Positions 1 to 8,200 of a stretch of DNA of 19,228 nucleotides are shown piece after piece. The stretch is from a candidate division WOR-3 bacterium. GTDB taxonomy: Bacteria; Hydrothermota; Tepidihabitantia; Tepidihabitantales; Tepidihabitantaceae. The stretch lies in assembly GCA_965649205.1 (NCBI GenBank), contig CBFGJV010000030.1, positions 1-19,228 of the forward strand. The letters run 5' to 3'. A program made the translations under genes and the position numbers. The notes below the pieces were generated by a model. That model saw nothing but the letters and a program-made list of their open reading frames with translations. It was not told the DNA's origin and did no database searches. Every line of letters begins with the position of its first letter. Position 1 is the stretch's first letter.

Positions 1-425
1 TTCCAGACGCGGACGGTTACGTTCCCGGTGACGTTGCGGATAGGTACGGTGTATGACGAGACGGTGACGGGCGTGACGTTGGTGCCGGGACAGATAGATA
101 CGGTGAGCTTCCCGTCGTGGATAGTGCAGCCGTTGGGAGTGCATGGTGTGGTGGCGTTTACGAACTTGTCGAACGACCAGAACCGTGCGAACGACACGAC
201 GCGGAGCGAGATAACGGTGATCCGGCCGCCGCGGTATGACGTAGGCGCCACAGCCATTCTTGCGCCGACCGGTACGTTGGATTCGGGCACGGTGGTAGTG
301 CCGCGTGTGGTGGTGGAGAACTTCCAGACGCGGACGGTTACGTTCCCGGTGACGTTGCGGATAGGTACGGTGTATGACGAGACGGTGACGGGCGTGACGT
401 TGGTGCCGGGACAGATAGATACGGT
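1..425 (+). repeat. Exact 104-bp intragenic direct repeat (1-104 = 322-425), period 321 bp
   Basis: ttccagacgcggacggttacgttcccggtg...cagatagatacggt is identical at both positions by direct comparison. Confidence 0.95.
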
Positions 426-2142
426 AGAATTTCCATCCTGGATAGCACAACCTGTAGGTACGCAGTCTACTGTGGCGTTTACTAATCTTGACAGGGACCA
501 GAATCGCCGTAACGACACGACCAAGTCGCAGGTGGTGATAGTCTACCCTGAGCGGTATGACGTAGGGGCTACGGCAATTCTATCGCCGAACGGAGAGATA
601 GACTCTGGTACTGTTGTGGTGCCGGTGGCTGTTATCCGTAACTTTGGCACTCGAGGTGTGGAGTTCCCGGTTACCTTCCGTATTGGCGAGGGGTATGAGC
701 ATACCTTGATGGCTGGCTTGGCCGCAGGTCAAGTAGATACCGTAGAGTTTCCGGAGTGGGTGGCTCAGCCTGTGGGGAGTAACTACGCTACTGCGTTCAC
801 GTCGCTGCATAATGATGGCAATCGAACCAACGACACGTTTCGGCAGAAATTCGCAGTTGTTGCGCCGCCGCGGCACGATGTAGGAGCCACGGCCATATTG
901 GCGCCAACCGGAACTCTGGACTCCGGAGCGGTTGTAATTCCTAAGGCAGTGGTGCGCAATTTCGAGAATAGTACCGAGACCTTCCCTGTTACTTTGCGAA
1001 TTGGCAACTTCTACAATCAGACTGTTCAGGAAATAACGTTGGTGCCCGGACAGATAGACACAGTTGAGTTCCCGTCTTGGGTAGTGCAGCCGTTGGGAGT
1101 GCACAGTGTGGTGGCGTTTACTAATCTGGATAGGGATCAAAACCGCCGTAACGATACGACCAGAACAGAGATAACGGTTATTCAGCCAGCCAGGTATGAT
1201 GTAGGAGTAACGGCTATTCTAGCTCCGAGAGGGCAGGTGAACGTGGGTACGAACGTGACGCCAAGGGCGGTTATTCGAAATTTCGGTACCCGGGATGTGG
1301 AGTTCCCTGTTACATTCAAGATAGGTACTACCTACAGTCATACTCTAACTGCTGGTCTGAGGGTCGGACAGACAGATACGCTGGTTTTCCCGGTCTGGAC
1401 AGCCGGGCCGGTGGGAAGCTTCCAGGTTGTTAGCTACACTTCTCTAACCAACGACCGCAACCGAGCTAATGACACAACGAAGACCCAGGTGGAAGTACTG
1501 GCTGTTTCTGATGTGGGGGTCAAGGAAGTGCTAGAGCCGGTAGGTGAGGTTACTTTGCCCGAGGGCATTCTTAAGTACACGGTTAATCCGGCTGCGAAGA
1601 TAGCCAACTACGGTCAACTGGCAGTAGGTGAGTTCCTCGTGAAGTTCAGGATAGACTCCATCCTGGTCTTCCCTGGACCTGAGACTACTTACTTAGGTAC
1701 GGCCTACGAAGAGGAAGTGACGGTTGCTTCGCTTGCGCCTGGTGAAGAGTTGAACGTTTCCTTCCCGAGCGTGGAGCTGCCGCTGGGACGGTATGCAGTT
1801 TCTTGCTCTACCTTGTTGGCTGCAGATGGCAATCCGGAGAATGACAGGAATGTTAGGTATTACAACATCTTGCCGTTCAGGTGGGATGGGCCGGGTGAGT
1901 TCGAAGCAAAGATATACACCCGTGCTGGAGAACTGGTGCGGAAGATAACGCTGCGGTTGCGGGGAGGTGACGCCTTGCTGGCGCAATGGGATGGTAAGAA
2001 TGACGAGGGGCAACCTTGCGCACCGGGCGTCTATATCTGCTACCTGCAGTTCACGCCTGATGATGGTAGCGGCGTGAAACAACAGTCCTTCAAGTTGCTG
2101 GTGGACAAGAATTTCACCGGCATGGTCCTGACGTGGAGGTAG
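1..2142 (+). CDS. Large secreted Ig/CARDB-like repeat protein with C-terminal FlgD-Ig / T9SS CTD-like domain (5' partial)
   Basis: Frame 1 is open from base 1 (FQTRTVTFPV...), so the gene starts upstream and the GTG at 28 is internal. Repeats of ~104-107 aa begin [YHS]DVG at 235, 556, 874, 1195 and 1507 and end in N-x-x-ND. The C-terminus IYTRAGELVRK...WDGKNDEGQPCAPGVY matches the FlgD-Ig/CTD pattern. Confidence 0.88.
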   Translation, partial: FQTRTVTFPVTLRIGTVYDETVTGVTLVPGQIDTVSFPSWIVQPLGVHGVVAFTNLSNDQNRANDTTRSEITVIRPPRYDVGATAILAPTGTLDSGTVVVPRVVVENFQTRTVTFPVTLRIGTVYDETVTGVTLVPGQIDTVEFPSWIAQPVGTQSTVAFTNLDRDQNRRNDTTKSQVVIVYPERYDVGATAILSPNGEIDSGTVVVPVAVIRNFGTRGVEFPVTFRIGEGYEHTLMAGLAAGQVDTVEFPEWVAQPVGSNYATAFTSLHNDGNRTNDTFRQKFAVVAPPRHDVGATAILAPTGTLDSGAVVIPKAVVRNFENSTETFPVTLRIGNFYNQTVQEITLVPGQIDTVEFPSWVVQPLGVHSVVAFTNLDRDQNRRNDTTRTEITVIQPARYDVGVTAILAPRGQVNVGTNVTPRAVIRNFGTRDVEFPVTFKIGTTYSHTLTAGLRVGQTDTLVFPVWTAGPVGSFQVVSYTSLTNDRNRANDTTKTQVEVLAVSDVGVKEVLEPVGEVTLPEGILKYTVNPAAKIANYGQLAVGEFLVKFRIDSILVFPGPETTYLGTAYEEEVTVASLAPGEELNVSFPSVELPLGRYAVSCSTLLAADGNPENDRNVRYYNILPFRWDGPGEFEAKIYTRAGELVRKITLRLRGGDALLAQWDGKNDEGQPCAPGVYICYLQFTPDDGSGVKQQSFKLLVDKNFTGMVLTWR

Positions 2143-2145
2143 CCA

Positions 2146-3897
2146 ATGAATCTGATAGCAACAGCACTTACTTTGCTTGTAATCGGCGGAGACCCGGGCA
2201 GTGCGGTGTTTCCTCTCCTGAAGATAGGTCAGGGGGTCCGGGCCTCGGCCATGGGAGAATCCTTTACCGGGCTGGCGGACGACGCCAGTGCCGTATACTG
2301 GAATCCAGGTGGATTAGGCCTGGTTTCTGGTACCAGATTTGCCCTGTCTCATCAGGAATGGTTTGAGGGCATCAGGGATGAAATCGGGCACGCCTCGTTA
2401 CCTCTGGGGCCTGGCGCATTGGGGTTGGGCTTTGTTTATACAGGCGAACCCAATGTGCGCTACTGGAATCGCGAGCAACAGAGGTTTGAGGATATAAATG
2501 TCTGGGGTGGGATGTTCTCCTTGGGCTATGGTCTGCGTCTGGCCGACCGGTTTGGTTTAGGAGCCACCTTCACCGGGTTGTATCAGGACTTGAAGCTGGA
2601 AACTGGCAGAGGTGGTATGGCTACGCTAGGTTTCACGGGCCGGCCAACAGATTGGCTCAGCTTCGGGTTGTCCGGCAGGCATATAGGTACGATGAGCTAT
2701 GGTGGAGAATCCCAGAAGATACCGACCGAAGTAGCTCTGGGCGCTGCTTTAAACACAGGGATGCTGAAGATAACGGTGGATGGTGCGTATCCTACCCAGG
2801 ATAATCCGCTGAATATTAGAGCTGGTGCGGAATTTTCTCCTATTAAAGCCCTTGCTCTGCGTGTTGGTTATCGTTCCGGCCCGGTGAATATCAAAGAGCT
2901 GGGTTATTTCGCCGGTCTTACTGCTGGTTTGGGCGTGACATTGGGTAACTTCGGACTGGATTACGCATTCGTTCCCTATGGTGAGTTGGGATATACGCAT
3001 CGTGTAGGGCTTAGGCTTGATGTCCCACCGCCTAGCACAGGCTGGTTGTCTCTGGTGGTGCTGGATGCGGAGACTCGTAAGCCACTTGTGGCTAATCTGG
3101 CCGTAACTGGTGTATATGATACTACGGCTAGAACTGATGAGCTGGTGATTACGCGTGCGTGGCCAGGTGAGGGCACGATCAAAGTGACGCTGGATGAGTA
3201 CGAATCGAAGAATGTACCAGTTACTGTGACCGCGGGTCGCAAAAGGCAGGATACAGTGATGCTGAAGAAACTTACCGTAGTGATCAAGGGTGGTATTTAC
3301 GATGCCCGTACGCAGGAACCAATTGGTGGAACTTTGAGTTACTCTGGGCCAAAGTCTGATAAACTTACCTTACCGGCTACACCAGGTACGTACGAGTTAA
3401 AGAGTATGCCGGCGGGTGAGTATTCTATGCGCGCCTTAGGGCCTACGGCTGACTATCTGGAACAGGAAGCTACGCTGAACATAGCTCCGGGCAAGGTTGT
3501 AGAGCAGAACTTCTACCTGTGGAAGAAGGGAGACCTCATATCCTTGCAGGTGAACTTTGAAACAGGCAAAGATGAGATTCTGCCCGAGTTTTATCCTCTG
3601 CTTGACTTGGCCGGCCAGATTCTAAAGCAGACGCCGCAGATTAAGAAGATAGAGCTCTCCGGACACACCGACCCGCGAAAGATAGTCACACCAGAGTTTG
3701 TGGCCAAATTCAAGGACAACTGGGGGTTGTCGCTGGCTCGCGCCGAGGCTATCAAGAAGTACTTGGTAGAAAAATGGGGCATTGCTCCAGAGCGGATAGT
3801 TACCAAGGGCTACGCTGACAGCCGTCCGATTGCTTCGAATGCTACCGAAGAGGGTATGTATAAGAACCGCCGTACCGAGTTGCGGATACTGGAATAA
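2146..3897 (+). CDS. PorV/PorQ-family outer-membrane beta-barrel fused to two carboxypeptidase-regulatory-like (CRD) domains and an OmpA-like C-terminal domain
   Basis: Short hydrophobic N-terminus, then the PorV/PorQ signature LKIGQGVRASAMGESFTGLADDASAVYWNPGGL. Barrel ends DYAFVPYGELGYTHRVGLRL (aa ~291), followed by a PPP linker and CRD-like VVLDAETRKPL and GGIYDARTQEPI. OmpA motifs VNFETGK, GHTD, NWGLSLARA, GYADSRPIASN, NRRTE. GGAGG at 2135-2139. Confidence 0.88.
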   Translation: MNLIATALTLLVIGGDPGSAVFPLLKIGQGVRASAMGESFTGLADDASAVYWNPGGLGLVSGTRFALSHQEWFEGIRDEIGHASLPLGPGALGLGFVYTGEPNVRYWNREQQRFEDINVWGGMFSLGYGLRLADRFGLGATFTGLYQDLKLETGRGGMATLGFTGRPTDWLSFGLSGRHIGTMSYGGESQKIPTEVALGAALNTGMLKITVDGAYPTQDNPLNIRAGAEFSPIKALALRVGYRSGPVNIKELGYFAGLTAGLGVTLGNFGLDYAFVPYGELGYTHRVGLRLDVPPPSTGWLSLVVLDAETRKPLVANLAVTGVYDTTARTDELVITRAWPGEGTIKVTLDEYESKNVPVTVTAGRKRQDTVMLKKLTVVIKGGIYDARTQEPIGGTLSYSGPKSDKLTLPATPGTYELKSMPAGEYSMRALGPTADYLEQEATLNIAPGKVVEQNFYLWKKGDLISLQVNFETGKDEILPEFYPLLDLAGQILKQTPQIKKIELSGHTDPRKIVTPEFVAKFKDNWGLSLARAEAIKKYLVEKWGIAPERIVTKGYADSRPIASNATEEGMYKNRRTELRILE

Positions 3898-3921
3898 CAG
3901 ATAGTTACTCGATTCGGGGTG

Positions 3922-3950
3922 AGGGGCGGCCACAGAGCCGCCCCTTTTTT
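3922..3950 (+). terminator. Rho-independent terminator
   Basis: GGGGCGGC-cacaga-GCCGCCCC stem-loop followed by TTTTTT, 25 nt after the stop at 3897. Confidence 0.9.
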
Positions 3951-4226
3951 GAATGGTGAAATAGAATGTTGTTGTTCAGATTGGCACGGGTAGGAAGGTG
4001 TAACATGGCGATGGTCGAACCAATTCGGACAAGCACTAGCACGGTTACATGGTGATCTCATGGATAGAGTCGTAAGGTTGGTGGACGGTTCTGCCAAAGG
4101 ACCGGCCTGGTGTTGCGAGGAAGTATAAAAACATTGCCCCACAAGACTGAAAGAAAAGGCAACGGAGGGTTATGCTTACTTAGCGACCTTCAGACACCAG
4201 ATTGGTCCTCCGTGTCTTGGTGTTTC

Positions 4227-4255
4227 TTGACTTTCCGGACGTTTCCGGCTAATAC
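4227..4255 (+). promoter_or_regulatory. Candidate sigma70-type promoter for the DUF6232-like gene
   Basis: TTGACT (4227-4232), 17-nt spacer, TAATAC (4250-4255). The -10 match is imperfect. Confidence 0.3.
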
Positions 4256-4371
4256 TTAGATCCATAGAGGGGCAAGAGTGCTCATTGGGGCGATCGGTGT
4301 CCAAGTGTCAGCAGGAAGCAACGGTACACAGAATAACAGGTTTTTCACAGGGTAGACATTGAGGAGGTAGC

Positions 4372-4766
4372 ATGGTCGACGAGAAAGAAATTTGCTTCTA
4401 CTCGGATGATCGAGGCGTGCGCATCACGAACACGCGGGCAATAATCGGCAATACTACATATGCTATGGCCAACATCACATCGGTTTACTGGGCGTGATTC
4501 CACCTAAACGTGCCGGGCCAATCTGGATGCTTGTACTAGGACTTGTCGCCGCGGTATCGGGATTCGGCCTACAGGCATGGCCAGTGGGCGTCGTTGGCGT
4601 TCTTCTGTTCGCAGGAGCCATATGGATACTAATTGCCCAGAAGCCGAAATACGCCGTCGAAATCGGCAGTGCGTCAGGCAGAGTCAGTGCAATCACGTCC
4701 AAGGAAAAGGCGTACATACAGTCCATCGTGAATGCTATGAACGAAGCTTTCATCAAACGCGGGTAG
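4372..4766 (+). pseudogene. DUF6232-family membrane protein split by a 1-nt frameshift (pseudogene or sequencing error)
   Basis: GAGGAGG at 4361-4367 and ATG at 4372 give MVDEKEICFYSDDRGVRITNTRAIIGNTTYAMANITSV, stopping at TGA 4495. The -1 frame continues LGVIPPKR, two TM helices, then KYAVEIGSASG...YIQSIVNAMNEAFIKRG. Both halves match the DUF6232 pattern as I recall it. The joined product would be ~131 aa. Confidence 0.8.
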
Positions 4767-4805
4767 GAAGGAAAACCGGCGCGAGCTTTGGCAACATAAC
4801 ACCAA

Positions 4806-4854
4806 ATTAGAGTTGGGTATTGCGTTTCTGAGGGATGCAATATCCAGGACTAGT
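4806..4854 (+). other. Long imperfect hairpin downstream of the DUF6232-like gene
   Basis: Core GGGTATTGCGTTTC (4815-4828) / TGA / GGGATGCAATATCC (4832-4845) pairs fully using 4 G-U pairs. It extends to 4806/4854 through a 2x2 internal loop. Confidence 0.55.
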
Positions 4855-5179
4855 GAGACTCTTTCCATGAGGTAAGCGGGTATGAGCTCTGGTACAACTT
4901 GGAACAGAGGAACTGCAGTCGTGGCAACAAGAGTCCGCGTGGGATACTGGCCGAGGTTGCGCCGAACGCGGGCCAGAGCATTTTCCCTTGGTTGACCCGA
5001 AACTATGACACTGCGGATAGTCTTGTTTTAGGAATGCCAGGTATCTTGTGTATGTCTTGCAAGAAAGAAACGGGGCTTTAGGTGGTGGTGTCGGGTAACA
5101 GGGCGGAAAGTCGAAAGCTGCTTTGTGGATGCCTAGGGTCTGACAGCGAAGGCTGAAAACTGTGCGGCTGCATATAGGA

Positions 5180-5208
5180 GAGAAGGGCGGCTTCAAGCCG
5201 CCCTTCTC
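5180..5208 (-). terminator. Perfect 14-bp inverted repeat, probable terminator or 3' stabilising hairpin of the 1903-aa gene
   Basis: GAGAAGGGCGGCTT-c-AAGCCGCCCTTCTC, 21 nt past the stop at 5230. The U-tract is weak. Confidence 0.65.
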
Positions 5209-5229
5209 CACTATTAGCCCGTTTTGTCC

Positions 5230-8200
5230 TTATCGTACTACCAGTTTGCGAGAGGTAGAATAATTTCCGGATTCGAGTCGGATAAGATATACGCCCGGAC
5301 TTAGCTTTCTCAAGTCCAGTATTGTCGTGGTATGTTTTCCGCAGAGAACAGATTGGCGTAGAACTGATCGCCCGGCTACGTCAAACACGGTGAGACTTGT
5401 GGTTCCGGGCGTCGGGAGAGAGAATCGTACAGTGGCAAAGTCGGACACAAGGGGATTGGGTATTATGTCGAAGGGTAGAGCGGATGCGGTAATCCTTGCT
5501 GTTTGCAGATTGTGGGTGGGAGCAGGATAGGTCGGCGCAATTGAAGGAGTGAATGACGGGAAGTATCCCCAGAGTTCCAGCGTCTTGTTGCCTTTGAGGG
5601 CGTAGAAAACACCGTCACCGGTGGCGACAAAAGACCCTCCGTTTTTCACCAGCTTTGGTCTGCTGCTGCCACTACCCACCTGTGGCAAGGTATCTAATTC
5701 ATACCAGGTGTCGCGGATACCCGGGACATAGCAGAAGAATTGTTGAGTGCCGCCACCCTTTAGTGCGTAAATGGCGCCGTCGTACCAGTCACCGCCAGCT
5801 CCTTCTTTGGACTTCTTTGCTCGCATTGCGCCTTTGTTTAGGCCGACAAGGGGCATACCTTTGAGGGGAGTGCTTTGCCATTGGCCGGTTTCGAGATTGT
5901 ACTTGTACATAAAGTGATTCTGCCCGTCGTTAAATTTGGCCTGATGAGCGTAGATGGTGTTGTTGCCATCGTAGACGAGGAAAGAGCCGTTGTCATACTT
6001 CATTCGTCCTGGTGCAGAGGGTGCATCGCGCAGCGTATCCCATTTTCCGAGAGTAACATTGTAACGATAAAACTCCGTTTTCATTCCCTTAAGGAGATAG
6101 AGGAAAGAAGAATCTCCGCGCTCTACATACACCAGATCACTTCCACCCTTAACTTTCTTCGGAGCTCCGAACGTTGGTACATCAGGCAGTCTATGCCAAG
6201 AGTCGCCTTCAATGTGGTAGCGCCAGAATCCCAATGTATTGGCGCCTTTAACCATATATACATGTCCCCGTCCGTCAGCTGCGCCGGTTGAGCCTTTGAA
6301 AGGTAGAGCAGATTTGGTCCCTTCCATAGGCTTTATGTCAGCCAATTGAGTCCAGGAATCGCCTTCGGGGTCGTAGCGGAAGAACTCCGCAGTCTTATTG
6401 CCCTTAGCCGCGTAGAGCTTACGAGCTGTGCGGTCCCAAGCCAGCCAGCCTCCGTCTTTTACTGCTTTACCTCCACCGGACGGCATAGGTCTCAGTGCTG
6501 TCCAGCCGGCATGCTGGGCGACTGTAACCGTTCCCCGGGCGGTGTCATTCTCCGGATGCTGATCCGTGGCTAGAATGGTGTAGGCTTTGACTGTGTAATT
6601 ACCGGCGTCTGAAAGCCAACGTTTTTCCAGTTGACGTATTACGGGGATGGACGGATCTATGGGTATGTCTGCTTCAGTTGTGTCGTAGACTGGAGTACCA
6701 GAAGCGGTGAGAATGAGGAAGCGCAGGTCGCAGGTTACAGCATCATCTCCGTAGTTTTCTATCTTTACCGTGGGACGTACGAACACTCCATAGGGTATAT
6801 GGCCGGTGGGGGCAATAATCTGGGAGACCCCCACGTCATATACTACCGGCTGGTCGGTGATGCTGAAGGTGCCGGTGCGCAAATCATTGTCCGGATATTC
6901 GTCTCCGGCCATTGCCGTGGAGCAACGAGTAACATAGTATCCTACCGCATGGGGTTTAGGCCAGACGGGAAAGGTAAGTGTAGTGGCATAACCTGGTTCC
7001 AACTGTACGTCCAAACTCTCGCTATAAGTTGGCTCATCTGTGCCGGAAGAGAAGGAGAAATAGGTGCGGAAGGTAGCTGGTAAGGTCCCCAAGTTTTTCA
7101 CTTTTGCCTTGGGTCGTATGACGGCGCTTGTATCAAAACTGCCAACTGGGGCTAGAATACTGGTAACTTCCACATCCCGTTCAACCGGGATACGTACGGT
7201 GAAACTACTGCTTAGTACGTTGTTGGCCGGGTATATGTCACCCTCTATAGCCGTGGAACAGCGGGTTGTGTAAGTACCTGGCGCATGTGGCTTTGGCCAA
7301 GCAGGGAAGGCAGCTAGGGTGGAACCGGCAGGGGGTAGGTTGCTTATGGTTGTACTCTCGGAATACACTAAGGCGTCTGTATGGTCATACAGATGGAAGT
7401 AAGCCTTGAAGGTAGCGGCGGTGGGCCCGAAATTTCCCACCATGGACCGGGGTTCTACTACTTCGTGTGTGTCAACTGTTCCAACGGGTGAGACTATCGA
7501 TATTACGCCCACGTCGGTGGCGTTGCCTGTTTCCTGAGTGGTGAAGTTGAAAGTGGCGTTGCATAGTGTGCCGGAGGGGTTGTTATTCTTGGCTACGACC
7601 CGCCAGTAGTATTTTCTGCCTGCGGTTACATAACCGGTATAGGGGTATATAGTATCTGGTATGTCTGAGGCTATCTTGGTAACCGGACTGGGATTTGTGC
7701 TGAGGTAGATATCGTAAACGTTTGCGCGTTCTGATTTCTTCCACGTCAGGTTGCCTGCTAGAGGCACTTCTGTAGCGCCATTGGGAGGAGTAGAAAGGTC
7801 GAAGGGTCCGGGCTTGGCCTGTACGGTGTAGAAGTTCCATACGCCGGAAGCAGTCTGCCCGCCAGCGTTCTTGGCAATTACCTGCCAGAAATACTGGCGT
7901 CCGTGCTCAAGTCCGGCGTAGTCGTAAGTAACAGCAGTCTGACCTGAACTTACTCTCGTCTGAGGCGGATTCACCACATCCAAATAGACGTCATAACCGT
8001 TGTAGGCGCGCGCCGCTGCCTGCCAGGATAATTGTCCAGACACAGGCTGGTTGGGAGTACTGGGCAGAGGAGATACAAGCACTGGTTGCCCCGGTGCCTG
8101 CATCGTGGTAAACATACGGACACTGCTGGGAGTTTCTCCGCCAGCGTTCTTGGCCACAACTCTCCAGTAGTAATCTCTGCCGTCTATCAGACCTGAATAC

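Noticed and set aside
1..1500. Repeats as a CRISPR array or DGR template/variable pair
   Set aside because: They are in-frame ~320-bp protein-domain repeats with no spacers. Differences are not adenine-specific, and there is no reverse transcriptase or cas gene in the window.
3966..4055. 29-aa ORF containing MVEPIR, reminiscent of an integrase N-terminus
   Set aside because: Too short, and there is no downstream recombinase-like sequence in any frame.
4495..4497. TGA readthrough/selenocysteine in the DUF6232-like gene
   Set aside because: The conserved continuation is in a different frame, so readthrough would not restore the protein.
4788..4880. Integron attC site after the DUF6232-like gene (ACATAAC + hairpin)
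   Set aside because: No matching GTTRRRY end pairs with it, the G-T pairs favour the top rather than the bottom strand, and there is no integrase.
4899..5081. 60-aa ORF (and antisense 4807-5211)
   Set aside because: TTG start, no clear SD and no recognisable motif; the antisense ORF runs through hairpins.
5100..5165. Hammerhead- or RNase P-like words (GGAAAGTC, CTGA-CAGC-GAAG-GCTG-AAAAC)
   Set aside because: The CUGANGA core and flanking stems are absent, and there is no RNase P P4 partner.
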